From the human T2T-CHM13v2.0 reference genome, Homo sapiens: a stretch of DNA of 64,000 bases. The stretch lies in NCBI RefSeq assembly GCF_009914755.1, contig NC_060947.1, one strand, 5' to 3'. Both the position numbers and the translations under genes were made by a program. This document shows positions 12,751 to 26,720 of this stretch, piece after piece (position 1 is the stretch's first letter; each line of letters opens with the position of its first letter). The notes beneath the pieces were generated by a model. That model did not search any database. It was not told the origin of the DNA and worked only from the letters and a program-made list of their open reading frames with translations.

Positions 12751-13687
12751 AACAAACAAATTAGCAAAAAAATAATAACAATAATCCTATCAAAAAGTGG
12801 GCAAATGATATGAATAGACAATTCTCCAAAGAAAATATACAAAGTCAACAAACATATGAAAAATGTTCAATATAACTAATTATCAAGGAAATACAAATAA
12901 AAACCATAACGAGATACCACCTTACTCCTACAAGAATGGCCATAATTAAAAAATCAAAAAATAACAGATGTTGGCATGGATGTGGTGAAGAGAAAGGAAC
13001 ACTTTTACATTGCTGATGGGAATGTAAACTAGTACAACCACTATGGAAAATGGTATAGAGATTCCTTAAAGAACTAAAAGTAAAACTACTGTTTGATCCA
13101 GCAATCCCACTACTGGGTGTCTACCCAGAGAAAATGAAGCCATTATATGGAAAAGACACGTGTGCATGCATGTTCACAGCAGCACAATTTGCAATTCCAA
13201 AAATATGAAACCAGCCTAAATGCCCACCAACCAATGAGTGGATAAAGAAAACGTATATACACACACACACACACACATACATATATGTATACACACACAC
13301 ACACCATGGATACTACTCAGCCATAAAAAGGAATGAAATAATGGCATTTGCGGCAACCTGGATGGAGTTGGAGGCCATTATTCTAAGAGAAGTAACTCGG
13401 GAATGGAAAACCAAACATCGTATGTTCTCACTTATAAGCAGAAGCTAAGCTATGAGCATGCAAAGGGATAATAATGATATAATAGACTTTGGGGACTTGG
13501 GGAAAAGGGTGGGAGGAAGGTGAGGGACAAAACACTACACATTGGCTACAGCATACGCTGCTCAGATGATGAGTGCATCAAAATCTCAGACATCACCACT
13601 GAAGAACTTTTCCATGCAACCAAATACCACCTGTTCTTTCAAAACAATTGAAATAAAAATAAATAAATAAACAATAAAAAGAAAACA
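12751..13687 (+). mobile_element. L1PB1/2 3' end with (CA)n at ~13255-13303
   Basis: ORF2 C-terminal sequence, then the L1PB 3'UTR GGAATGGAAAACCAAACATCG...GCTAAGCTATGAG...CAAAATCTCAGACATCACCAC and an A-rich tail. Confidence 0.85.
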
Positions 13688-13689
13688 GA

Positions 13690-14438
<749 letters not shown>

Positions 14439-14439
14439 G

Positions 14440-15170
14440 TAGTTTTATCTCATTCTTTTTCATGGCTGCATACTTTTACATATACAAGTTATTTAATCAA
14501 CCTCTTGTTCTTAGAAAATTAGGATGTTTAGAATATTTTGCTACTGCAAAAATTCTCCAATAAGTATCCATATCCATACATCTTTGTGCATATATGAGAG
14601 TGTTTTTGTAGGACAGAGATTTTTTTTGTAATAGAAATGCTTCTTATTAGATACACTCATTTATGTGCCAAAAAAGGTGTAATCATTTACACGTCTGTCA
14701 ATGTTATGAGAATAACCCTTGCCTATAGTTGAAAAATATTATCTTGTTTTAATAATAATCTCTAGATTACTAGTGACACTGATTACCTTGTCGTACTTAT
14801 TGACCGTATTTCTTCTGCAAATGTTTTTTTTTTTTCTTGTATATGATGCATTTTCTTTCAGGTAATTTATTTCTATTGAATTATAAAAACTATATATATA
14901 TGAACTCTATATATATATGAGCTATATATAATATATATATATGAACTCTGTTTCTCTTTGTTGTATATTATGAAAATATACTTGCCAGTTATATCACTTG
15001 CCATTGCGGTATGCTAACAGGGTTTAAGTCAGATAGAAATTTAAAAATTTTATAGTCAAATTAGTCAACCTTTTTTATAGCTTATAGATTTTCTGTCTTA
15101 CTTATGAATGACTTTGATATTCTAAGATTTTTCTCCTGTATGCCATTCAAATTTATTCTATTAATGCTAA
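14440..15170 (-). mobile_element. L1ME-type fragment
   Basis: TCATTCTTTTTCATGGCTGCATA...TATTTTGCTACTGCAAA...TCTAGATTACTAGTGA...TTATAGTCAAATT. Degenerate TATATATATATGAACTC repeats at ~14890-14950. Confidence 0.6.
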
Positions 15171-15290
15171 ATTATTTTTTGTTTGTTTTATGAAACCCAT
15201 CATTTATTGCAGCAACACACAACCACGTATCATCTGTGAAAACTTCCATGTGAGGATTTAATTTTGTGATTATTATACATCGAAATTATT

Positions 15291-15469
15291 TCTTTTTTCA
15301 ACTTTTAAGTTCAGGGGTACAAGTGCAGGTTTGTTACATAGGTAAACTTGTGTCATGGGAGTTTGTTGTACAGATTATTTTACCACCTAACCTCCTGCCC
15401 ATTAGTTTTTTTTTTTTATCCTCTCTCTCCTTCCACTCTCCATCCGCCAATAGGCCCCAATGTGTGCTG
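15291..15469 (-). mobile_element. 5'-truncated L1PA(13-16) 3' end
   Basis: TTTTAAGTTCAGGGGTACAAGTGCAGGTTTGTTACATAGGTAAACTTGTGTCATGG. Confidence 0.8.
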
Positions 15470-15769
15470 TTAAGGCAGTTCTGAGAGGGAAACTCAGTTC
15501 TAAATTCTCACATTAGAAAATAGGAAAAGTTCCCAATGAATAATCAAAGTTTCTACATCAAGAAACAAGAAAAAGCAGAGTAAAATAAATTCAAAGCAAG
15601 AAAAAGAATAAAATAATAAAGATAAGAGAAGTAACCAATAAAATTAATATAGAAAAATAATTTTTACAATCAAGAACATAAGTAACTGGTTCTTCAAAAA
15701 TGTAATAAATTTGATAAACATCTAACAAGCCTGGCAAAGACAAAAAAGGCACAAATTATCAATATCAAT

Positions 15770-15987
15770 AGTGCAGTTACGCAAGATAAATAAGTCTAGA
15801 GAGCTAATGTAAAGCATGAAAACCATAGTTAATAATACTATATACTTAAAATTTGCTAAAAGAACACATTTTCGGAGTTCTTATCACATATCCACACAAA
15901 GGTAACTATGTGAGTTGATAGATATGTTAATTTAACTGACAGTTGTAATCACTGCATTACTTATATGTATATCAGAACATTATATTT
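15770..15987 (+). mobile_element. L1MA8/9-type 3' end
   Basis: AATAAGTCTAGAGAGCTAATG...AAATTTGCTAAAAGA...GGTAACTATGTGAG...TATATCAGAACAT. Confidence 0.7.
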
Positions 15988-16310
15988 TGGATGCAGCTGA
16001 AAACCATTATCCTGAGTGAATTAATGCAGAAAGAGAAAACCAAATACTACATGTTTTCACTTATAAGTGGGGGCTAAACATTGGGTACATGTGGTCATAA
16101 AAATGGAAGTAATTGACACAGGGGAATACAAGAATGGGAGGGAGGGAGGCAATAAGGACTGAAAAATACTACCTATTGGGTATTATGCTCACTATCAAGG
16201 TTACAGATTTATTTGTACTTCAAACTTCAGCATCATAAAATATACCTATGTAATAAACCTGCACACGTACCTCTGATTCTAAAATAAAAGTTGAAAAAAA
16301 AACAAAAAGC
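15988..16310 (+). mobile_element. L1PA16-like 3' end with A-tail
   Basis: GGATGCAGCTG..CCATTATCCTGAGTGAATTAATGCAG...CCTATTGGGTATTATGCTCACTA...AAAATAAAAGTTGAAAAAAAA. Confidence 0.8.
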
Positions 16311-17425
16311 TCATTATATGAAAGAAAAATTATCTTGTAAAACACAAATAGATATAATAACAAAAAATTAGATAGAGAATATCATTAAAATCTTGTGTCA
16401 TTAAGATAAAAATAAAGGGATACTTATACGTATTCATAATTTTAAACAAGTAATATAGCAATTTAGAAAGAACCAATTGCTTAAAACACACAAAGCACCA
16501 AATATCAAGCAAAAAAGAAAAATAGACAATCTGAATAGCTCTATAACCACTATAAAAATTAGATTCATAATTTATAACCACCCCTAAAGAAAGTCCCTGA
16601 ACACAGATGATTTCAGTGAAAACTTCTACAAAAATTTAGAAAATTTAACATCAACTTTATATAATTAATTCAAGAAAATAAAAGAGGAAATAGCACTCCC
16701 TAATACATTTTATGAGACCGTGATTAGATTGTTACTAAAACTAGACAAAGAGAGTAACTAAAAAGATAATCTACAGGCCAACATTTCTGCTGAACATAAA
16801 TGAAAAAGTCCTTAACACAATATTTGGAAATTTAATCCACCAATGTACAAAAAGAATCATGCAGCCTCATCAAGTCAGATTTATTACAGATATGCAAGTC
16901 CTGTTTGATATTCAAAATTCAATCAATCCTTTATATCAAAAGGTTAAAGAAGAAAGACTATATATTCTGTCAATTAAGATATGTATTTCCCCAAAAAGGA
17001 AATGCAGATGGCAAATAAGCACATGCAAAAATGCATTTGGCAAACCTAACACCTACTTCTGATAGTATCTCAGCAAACTGTGAGTGGAGTGGAGCTCCCT
17101 CAATTTGCTAAAGATTATCTGTAAAAGAAAAACACCCTACATCTAACACAATTAATAGTAAAAAACAGGATTTTTTTCTTAAGATTAGGAGCAATGTGAG
17201 GATGTCTTTCTTACCATTCTTATTTGGTAGAATAGTGGAAGTTTACCCACTGCAATATGATATGAAAAAAAAGTAAACATACACATTGAAAAGGATCAAA
17301 CAAAACTATCCTGTTTGCAGATAACATAATTTTCTACATAAAAAAATGAACACACAAAAACCTCCTATAATTAATAAGTGAATATAGCTAGATTACAGGA
17401 TACATGATCAACACACACATTTTTA

Positions 17426-18788
17426 TTATTTATTTTAATTTTAAAAAACTAATGTTTAAGCTTTTATTTTACATTCAGGGGTACATGTACAGGTTTGCTA
17501 TATAGGTAAATTGTGTGTCATGGGGGTTTGATGTACAGATTATTCCATCACCCAGGTAGAACACATAGTACCTGATAGGTAGTTTTTCAGTCTTCACCCT
17601 CCTTTCTCCCTCCACCCTCAAGGAGGCCCACTGTCTGTTGTTCTCTTACTTGTGACTATATGTACTCAATGTTTAGCTCCTACTTGTAAGTGAGAATATA
17701 TGGTATTTGGTTTCCTGTTTCTGCATTGGTTCCCTTAGGATAATGACCTCTAACTCCATTCATGTTGCTGCAAAGGACATGATCTCATTCATCTTTATCG
17801 CTGTGTAGTATTCCATGGTGTGTATGTATCACATTTTCTTTAGCCAGTCTACTGTTGAGGTGCATTTATGTTGATTCTGATAGGGACAAGAGACAGAGAA
17901 ATTCCTGGCAGAAGAGGGCAGGTCCCCAGTGAAAGCCTCACTCTCAAACCAAAAAGCCTGGAACCATGGCCCAAAGTGAGAACTGACATCCCTGTTTTCC
18001 CGCTCAAATGTTGCCTTTTCCAAAACCACCAATAGCCTGCCCTGCCCCCATCCTGTGTCCATAAAAAACCCAGGTTCAGCCGACAGAGAGTAGAAGCAGC
18101 TGGATATCAGAGACTATGGTCAGAGAGAAGCCACTTGACTTCAGAGGAACAGCTTGATGGCATAGCTTCAGAGAGGTGTCCGGCCAGGGACAGCCAGACT
18201 CTGGGAAAATATTACATTCACACTCCATCCCCTTTTCAGCTCCCCTTCCTGCTGAAAGCCACTTTCATCAGTAATAAAATCCTCTGCATTCACCACCCTT
18301 CAATTCATTTGTGTGACATGATTTTTCCGGGATGCCAAACAAGAGCTTGGGTACCATGGGTGTGGATGCAAGAGGCTGTCATAATGACCCTCTGCCCTCA
18401 CTGGCAGAAAGCAGCTGCCACATGTAAAAAGGCAGAAGGCCCACTGAGCTGTTAACACTTAAGCCGTCTGTGGACAGTAGAGCTAAAAGATCCCTGTAAC
18501 ACACGCCTTCTGGGACTTCAGGGGTTGTGGGCACTCCCCGAGATGCTGCTGCGGGCCTGGTATGGAGTTCATTCCTGCTGGCACCCAAAAGCACTAGCCC
18601 CAGGTCCTGCACCCATTCACCTGCATGCTCCTTCCTGCTACAGATTGAGAACAGAGGGTTTAAGTAAATGGAGTTTGCCCTTGCTGGTGCCAAAGTGGCT
18701 GGGTAGCTCCAGTGCCCACACTCAAGTTCCCCCCTGCACAGGAGTCAGGGGAAATTTCCTGCTTCAATTCCATTTGTCTTTGCTATTG
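17426..18788 (-). mobile_element. 5'-truncated L1PA15/16 3' end (host of MER50)
   Basis: L1PA 3'UTR in antisense. TSD AACACACACATTTTTA (17410-17425) / AACATACACATTTTTA (18789-18804), 1 mismatch. Confidence 0.85.
17878..18766 (+). mobile_element. MER50-family solo LTR (ERV1)
   Basis: TGATAGGGACAAGAGACAGAGAAATTCCTGGCAGAAGAGGGCAGGTCCCC start and TG...CA termini. AATAAA at ~18273. Exact 4-bp TSD ATTC (17874-17877, 18767-18770). Confidence 0.8.
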
Positions 18789-19829
18789 AACATACACATT
18801 TTTAAAAACTTGCATTTCTATATATCAATGAACTTCTGGAAACTAAAATTTTAAAATACAATACCATTTATAATCACTACAAACAAAGAAAATTGTTAGG
18901 TATAAAACTAGCAAAACCTGTATAGGATCTGTGTGCTGAAAATTATAAAATGATAATGAAGAAAATCAAAAAAAGGTTAAGTAAATGAAGACATTCTACT
19001 TTTGTATATAGGATGATTCAACATAGTAAAGATCCCTACTGTCCACAAATTGATCTATAGATTTAAGATAAGTTCTTTCAAAATTCCAGCAAGTTTTTTT
19101 GTACCTAGCAACCAGCTTATTTACAATTTATAAGGAAAACACGGGATGTGGAATTACTAAAAAAGCACATATTAAAATTTACTAAATAGATAGTGTAATC
19201 AAGACAGTATGATATTTGTGTAGAGATAGAGACATAGATCAAAAGAACAATATTGGGAACCTAGAAATTGACCTACATAAATAAGGTCAATGAATTTTTT
19301 ACAAAAAAGCAAAAGTAATTTAATGAAGGAAAGATAGCCTTTTGAATGAAAAGTGCTGAAGCAATTGGAAATCCATAGGCAAAAAGCAAACTTTAACCTA
19401 AATCTCAGATCTAATATAAAAATTTACTTAAGTGAATAATAGACAAATGTAAAATAGAAGACTATAAAACTTTCAGAAACAAGACATTGTAAACATTCTT
19501 TGGAACTAGAGCTATGAGAAAAGTTCTTAGATTTGACACCAAAAGCATGATCCATAGGAGGAAAAAATGGTAAATTCAAGCTAATCGAAATGAAAAACTT
19601 GCTCTGTAAAGAACTTGTGAGGAGGTTCAAAATATAAACTAGAAACTGGGAGAAAATATTTGCACACTACGTAGCGAACCAAAGAGTAGTATATAGAATA
19701 TAGAAAAGACTCTCCAAACTCAAGAATAAGAAAGAAATCCAGTTAGAAAGTGGGCATAAGACACAATTTCACTAAAGAGGATATACAGACGTCAAATAAG
19801 CACATAGGAAGATGTTCAACACTGTTACC

Positions 19830-19877
19830 TGTATTATTAATGGTTAGGGTTCTTTAGAGAAACAGGGCAAATTAGGG

Positions 19878-19917
<40 letters not shown>

Positions 19918-20343
19918 AGAGAGAGAGGGACACAGAGAGAAAAGGGAGAAGAAGGGACAAGGAAGTGAGAGAGAGGGAGTTTTAAGCCTCATGATTATGG
20001 AGTTTGGCAAGTCCAAAGTCCAAAATTGGCAGAGTGGGCACTCAGGCTGGAAACCCAGGGAAAAGACAATGCTGCAGTTTTATTTTAAAAGCCATCTGCT
20101 GGAATAATTCCTTCTTGTTTGGAGGAGGTCAGTCTTTGTTCTATTAAGGCCTTCAACTGATTGGATGAGACCTTCCCACATTATGGAAGTAAATCTGTAC
20201 TATTAAAAGTCCACTGATTTAAATGTTAATTTTATCGAAAAGAAAAAAATAAAACACTCTCACAGAAACATCCAGAATAGTGTTTGACTATATATCTTGG
20301 AACAGTGGCCCAGTCATTCTAACACATAAAATTAACCATGACA
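19830..20343 (-). mobile_element. MLT2C/D-type ERVL LTR with internal (TG)n(AG)n
   Basis: TAGGGTTCTTTAGAGAAACAG...CATGATTATGGAG..GGCAAGTCCAAA...ATAAAATTAACCATGACA. Confidence 0.8.
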
Positions 20344-21574
20344 TTGAAATGTAAATTAATACTACAATGTCATATCAGTGCATACATATCAGAATGGCTT
20401 AAAAAAACACACACAAAATGTTGGCCAGGATTTACAGAAATTAGATCACTTTTACATTGCTGATGGCAAGATAAAATGTTACTGCTACCCTAGAACACAA
20501 TTCAGCATTTCCTAATAATATTAAATATATAGTTACCAAATTCCCCAGCAATTGCACTCCTGGGTATTAATCCCAGATAAATGAGAACTTTGTTCGCGCA
20601 AAAATTCGTACTCAAATGTCAGAGCAATTTCATCCATAATAAACCAAAAAAATGGAAACAACCAGATATCCTTCAACAAGTGTGTTATTAAACAAATTTA
20701 AGTATATACATACCATGGAGTACTATTCAGCAACAACAAAAAAATGAACTATTGATGAATGCATAAGCTTTGGTGAATACCCGGAATTATTCTGAGTGAA
20801 AAAATGCCAAATCCAAAAACATTGTATACTCTATCATTTCAGTTGTATAATGTTTTTGAAAAGACAATGTTTTAGAAATGAGAAACAGATTAGTGGTTTC
20901 CAGGGATTAGAAATGAGAGTGGGCTGATGCAGGAAGGAGGTGCATGTGGTTATAGATGGGTAGTATGAGAAACCCCTATGGTGATGGAACTCTCTGGAAC
21001 TTGACTGTGGTGGCAAACCAGTTTACCCATGTAATAAAATTTATATTGAACTAAACACCTTCCTCTCTCCCACACAAGCACACACACAAATAAAAATGAA
21101 ACTAAGAAAATCTGTATAATATTGGTAGATTGTATAAATGTCAATATCCTGGATATGCCATAATTTTTAAGACTTTACTATTGAGTGAAATGGTAAAAAG
21201 TACATAGAATCCCTCTGTGTTAATTCTTATCACATGTGAATATATGATAACTTTAAAATAAAAATTTTAATCAAAAATAAGCAAGGTCTTAGAAATACCA
21301 TACACAGCCAGGTGTATTGCACGGCATTTGGATTAAATCTCAATAAAGCTGTTTTTTAAAGCATAGAGATCTAGAAAAAATAAAGCACTCAAAAATCTAT
21401 TTCAACTATCCAATATAGAAATGAAAAAGCTAAAGAAAGGGGAAATTGTGTTAGTGAGCATTGAATCCTACCAAAAAACAGTTGTGTCTTAGATCATATT
21501 AAGAGTTATGACAAGACAAATCAAATGCCAAAAAATAGTTCTGATTTTAAACAGAAAGAATATAGACTTCAGAA

Positions 21575-21800
21575 AGCATGACTATAGTCAATAATATTTA
21601 ATTGTACATTTTAAAATAACTAGAAGAGTATTATTGGATTGTGTGTAACACAAAGGATTAAATACTTGAGGAGATGAATACCCCATTTTACATGATGTGA
21701 TTATAATACATTGCATGCCTGTATCAAAACACCTCATGTACCCCATAAATATATATACCTACTAATATATCCACAAAAAATAAAATAAATTTTAAAAGAA
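21575..21800 (+). mobile_element. L1MA1/2 3' end
   Basis: GACTATAGTCAATAAT..AATTGTACATTTTAAAATAACT...TTGCATGCCTGTATCAAAAC..CATGTACCCCATAAATATATATACC. Confidence 0.8.
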
Positions 21801-21849
21801 TATGAAGAATAATTTAATGCAAATATTATTATACAAATTTCCAGTGATA

Positions 21850-22600
21850 CCAACGAGGAAACAAAGAAATTGTAAGAGACCAAGTGAACAAAATGGTTCC
21901 ATGCTAATGTCTCGTTTTCATATACATAAGTTAAACAGCCTGTAATTCCAGATAACTAGAAAGTATGTGTTCATATTTCAAATAAAAGGATGTGTATTGC
22001 CCAAATCACAAATAAGACATGTAAAAGCAATAAAGAAACCACTGTTCTTATATCAAAAAATAGAAAACAGAGGTAAAAATAAAAATGTGTAAAACAAAAT
22101 TACACAACTAAAGCTCTCCAGCATAGAAATTGTAAAAATAAATGCAAGTGGGTCGAACTGGCCTACTGGAAGACAGAGTCTCAAATTTAATAAAACACAA
22201 TATTCAATTATAGATCTTTATAAGATATGCAGCTACAAAAATATGCCTTAGGAAACAAAAATGTATATGGCCCAAGTTGTATTAGGAAAATGCAAATAAA
22301 ATAACCAACAGGTCATAATACTTTTTAAACATAATAGTATTTAAGCCAAAATACAATAAACAGTTGAAAGAAGCACATGTAATCATAATGAACAATGGCC
22401 TTGAAATTTCATGCACCAATGTGCAATTTGGCATTGACGTATATAATCTTACGGAAAACAAACAAACACAAAGGCTGAAAACACTTCCATTGATTATAAA
22501 CAGGAGAAAATTTTAAAGGACACACCATGTAACCATAATGTAAAAAATTAAGAAATTAGCATCAATCACAAGTAAATAACCAAACATTTCCAAACACTTT
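21850..22600 (+). mobile_element. Very old L1M5/L1ME ORF1-ORF2 junction remnant
   Basis: AAATGCAAGTGGGTCGAACTGGCCTACTGGAAGACAGAG resembles the ORF2 start (NVNGLN.P.KR). Sequence is A-rich. Confidence 0.45.
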
Positions 22601-22909
22601 CCAAGATAGCTTGAGCTGTGTATGGGGGTCTGTGTGTATGTGTGTGCAAAGAATGTATAAACCCTAAGCTTTTACTGTAGAATATATATAAGGATGGGCT
22701 TACACAAAGTTTTAGTTTTCTTCCTCGTGAATCTGAAATGTAAAATTTTAATATCAGCTTGTATTAACTTTATTTTTTGTTAATTTTTGCATTATTAATT
22801 CATCCTATTTTTAATATAGCCTCTTAAATTATAGATGTCATTTTTAGTGTATTATATTTTAATTTTTTAATTAGTTTTTTTGATAGGGATAGCACGTAAT
22901 ATAACGTAT

Positions 22910-23262
22910 TGCTATGGTCTGCATGTTTATGTCTTCCTCAAAATTATGGGTTGAAATTTTCACCCACAAGGTGATGGTATTAAGAGGATCATTTGGAGGT
23001 GATCAGATCATGGTGGCAGAACCTTCATGATAGGAAATAGTGTCTTTCTAAAAGTAGCCCGAGAAAAAACTCTCCTGCTTTCTACCATGTGAAGTTAGAT
23101 TAAGCAGAAGGCTGTTTATGAGGAAGCAGGCCCTTATTAGTCACTGATTCTGCTAACACCTTGAACTTCTCAGCTTACAGAACTGTAAGAAATATATTTC
23201 TGTTATTTATAAGCCACCCAGTATATGGTATTTTATTATAGCAGCTCAAACAGACTAAGATA
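22910..23262 (+). mobile_element. MLT1A/MLT1A0 solo LTR
   Basis: TGCTATGGTCTG...AAGGTGATGGTATTAAGAGG...CAGAACTGTAAGAAAT...TTTATAAGCCACCCAG...GACTAAGATA. Confidence 0.85.
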
Positions 23263-23264
23263 CA

Positions 23265-23700
23265 TGCCAAGCAATTCAGAGTTGTAAGAAAAATGTAGTA
23301 ATTTGCTCCTATTCTCCCATAATAATAATAATAATCTGGTCCTACCTTTCCAAGGCAACCTATGTAAACATTTGACAGCTATTCTTGTATATTTTCTGTA
23401 TGATCATTTAATTATATATGAAAATTCGTAGGTGTCTATAGTTTTTAATAATAAAAGAGAATCGTATGCATTGTATGCATAGTTCTGCAACTAAGTTTTC
23501 TTACTCCATATACAATAGACATATTTCCATGTAAACAAATATTATCCTAGTTATTTTAATACTAACAAACTCCATAAAGGACATGATTTATGACAACATT
23601 CCTAATGATTTCCCTATGGAGACACACAGATTATTTTCAGGTTTTTCCAATACAATAAGTATAATTGAACATATGCCCATGGTACAGGTACTTTTATTTT
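23265..23700 (-). mobile_element. L1ME-type 3' fragment
   Basis: GGCAACC.ATGTAAACATTT...TTCTGCAACT...ACATATTTCCATGT...TTTTCAGGTTTTT. Confidence 0.5.
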
Positions 23701-23714
23701 TATTATAAAATATA

Positions 23715-24345
23715 TTTATTAGATTTTGACTACTGCATAACAAATTACCACGAACTTAGAAGCTTAAAACAACATTTGTTTGTTAATTCACAACTCTACA
23801 AGTAAGAAGTCCAGCATGCTGTTGCTTGGTTATCTGCACAAGACCCTTCAAAACTAAAGTCCATGTTGGGTTCTTTTCTGGAGGCTAGAATATGGAAGTA
23901 TCTGCTTCAATGTTAGTTTATGTTGTTTGGAGAATCCAGTTTCTTGCAGATTTAAAACTGAGATTCCTATTTTCTTACTGGAGAAGAGGGCATCCCTTTT
24001 CTCCTAGAGGTCATTCATATTCCTCATCATGTGGCTCCCACTATCTTCAAATTGAGAATGTCGATTCCCTATTATGCTTTAAAACGCTGAGTTCCTCTGT
24101 CTCTGCCCAGATTTAAAAGGCTCATTCTATTTGGGCTGGTCCGCCCAGAATACTTCCCTTCTGACTGACTAAAGGTCATTTCAATGGTAATTTTAATCAC
24201 ATTTGGAAAATGCTTTTTGCCATATGTGTAACACAATCTTGGAAGTGATATCTCATCATATCCATAGGTTCTAGAAACAAACAATAGGAGGAGACTATAC
24301 AGAGTAAAGCTCATGGGTGACAAGTTTAGAATTCTATCTACTACA
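23715..24345 (-). mobile_element. MLT1F/G-type MaLR LTR
   Basis: CTGCATAACAAATTACCAC.AACTTAGAAGCTTAAAACAAC...TTAGAATTCTATCTACTACA. Confidence 0.75.
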
Positions 24346-24574
24346 TAAAGATTCCCAAACATGCAATTGCTGAGTCTGTTTTAAACATTTATCATTTGGG
24401 CTCTATTTTCAATACTTTCTCATTTTCTCAGAATCAGAATATACTGGAGATGAGATGTGGAGTACTTTTTTTTTTTTACTAAATTCTATGCCGCTTTTGC
24501 GGAATGATAATTTATAGCAAGAAAATTCCAAGTGATGCCTATATTTCTATTATAAATGTTTAAAGAACATCAAA

Positions 24575-24762
24575 GACTCAGATATCAGAGTACATTCAAA
24601 TCTAAGCTCCACCACTTACTAGCTTTGAGATCATAGTAGAAATGTTATTAAATCTCTCCAACAAAATAAATTGTCATAACGTTGTTTAAAGATGAAATGT
24701 GATGATGTGTTAAAGACCTTAAAACAGTTCATGGTATTTAGTAACTGCTCAATATACGTGAG
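24575..24762 (+). mobile_element. MIR
   Basis: TTCAAATCTAAGCTCCACCACTTACTAGCT core and ...TAGTAACTGCTCAATA 3' part. Confidence 0.7.
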
Positions 24763-26239
24763 TTCTTTCATTCTTCCTCTCGTTGTCCTTGTACAGTCAA
24801 GGGAAGGAAATTAAATTCAGCAAATGGTACTCACACTTCAGGAACCATGAATCCTTGGCAATTGATACAAGCACAGAAGAAATTGTTGCATTTAAAAAAT
24901 ATTCTCAGCAGTGGTCCCCTGATCTGTCACTACTTTAGGCTGTGTTAAGTTTATTGCTTATCAGTAATGTAGGAACTATATTGTTTCCTATTTTCAAACC
25001 TAGTTTGAAAGTCTTTCCATATTTTCTGTGTATTCCCAATACTTTTTCAATAAATTCTCATCTTTTAAAATTAGACAAGTTTTGCGTGGCTTGCAATGCT
25101 TCGTAGGTATATTTTAAAATTTGATAATTAACAATGTCTCTATGACATTGAGTTCTCTTACTCCTGAATATCGTACCTATTACATACTGAAAGAATTATG
25201 GTTACCAAATAGAAAGTATACTTCATAAATTAAAGCTAATATAACAAAAAACAGGAGATGGGGAAGAAATGTGAAGCATGCTACTTATCTTACTTTTATC
25301 ACATGGCTTTACAAAATAGACTCAGCAATTCATAAGCACCAGTAATGCATGAAACTTCTTATTTTTCTCAATGCTCCTCAGCATCAGGTATTGCAATCTT
25401 TAAACTTAAATTAACCAAACACAACTTGTTCCCCAGAAGCCTACTGAAATAAAAAACAAACAAATATATTTTAACCATCTAAATAAAAATAATACCTCAT
25501 AATTAGAATTTCCCCTACAACCAGAGTCACTGATAATTTTTCACATGGATTATACGCATTTTCCCATTTTCTTTCTATTTTCTATTGTTTTCATCATCTT
25601 TCTCTCACCAGTCTGTAGGATTTCTTTAAAAATATCAACACTCTTTCAGTCATACGTATTGCTAATACTTTTCTTTAACCCATTTTTTTTAACATTTTTT
25701 GTGGTGCCATATGTGACATCATTTTTATTGACAATAAACATTACAAAAAATTCAAAGAATAACAAGTAATTTGACAAATATATAAACAAGTTACCATATA
25801 TACCATCATCCAGAAACAATAGTAATATGTGGTGAATATTATTCAATACTTACATCTCTCCACACAAATTCAGAATGGCAAAAAGATAGATACATGTATA
25901 GAGTTTAATGAAAATGAGCTTCTATCATACCTGATGTTTTTGAACAAAAACATTAAGATACATTCACTTGATTAAAAACAGAAACAATAAATAAAATGAA
26001 AACAATTTTTAAAATACAACTGTTTCTGCAGTGCATAAATTATTCATTATTAAAATATAAAAGTTTAAAGAAACCGTTAAGATAGGGATGCCATTTAAAG
26101 ACTTATACTATAATTTTACCAATGGATTACTTTCTAATATGAAAAATAAGATAATTGGGATGCTTCACATTCCTTTCCCATCTAACAATTTTTGTTATAT
26201 TAGCTGTAATTTATGAAATATATTTTCTGTTTTGTAACC

Positions 26240-26720
26240 AGAATTATTCCAGTACATAATAGGTACTATTTTCAGGAGTAAGAAAACTCAATGTCATAAG
26301 GAAATTATTTCTCCCAAATTAATACATGGTTCAAATGCAATTTCAGTCAAAATTCTAATGAGATTGATTTTTTATCTTGACAAACTGTAAAAGCTATGTG
26401 GCAGCTTAATACGGAAAAAAGTAAGGTGTGATTTCCTACTAGACATCAAGTTATAATAATTAAAGACAGTATAGCAATGAAGTATCACTTAAACACAGTA
26501 AAGAACTCAAGCAGGATTTGTGTTACAATTGATATATGCAACAGGTATAAACCACACTGGAAAATAAAGAGCTGTTGTATAAATGAGACTGGGGAAATTA
26601 ACTTTCCATATAGAAAAAATATAACTTAGAAGATTTTCCCACACCATGCATCCCAACAAGTGCCAATAAATAAAAGACATAAGTCAAAGGTAGAATTTTT
26701 TGGAGACAAGGAGTTAAAAG
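26240..26720 (+). mobile_element. Old L1ME ORF2 fragment
   Basis: AAAACTCAATG..TTTCTCCCAAATTAAT..TTCAAATGCAATTTCAGTCAAAATTC..CTTGACAAACTG. Confidence 0.55.

Larger units (their letters stand above)
15470..21280 (+). mobile_element. L1MD-like ORF2 and 3'UTR, fragmented by nested insertions
   Basis: Collinear ORF2 remnants (e.g. ORF 16859 HQVRFITDMQVLFDIQNSIN; CTGTTTGCAGATAAC, the FADD region, at ~17311). L1MD/MC 3'UTR TGTATAAATGTCAATATCCTGG...CACATGTGAA...AAAATAAAA. Confidence 0.75.

Noticed and set aside
17829-18854. Four ~80-110 aa ORFs
   Set aside because: They lie essentially within the MER50 LTR and are chance ORFs in GC-richer sequence.
24830-25095. Possible MLT1J/K LTR
   Set aside because: Only the 3' AATAAA..GCTTGCAA end is suggestive, which is insufficient.
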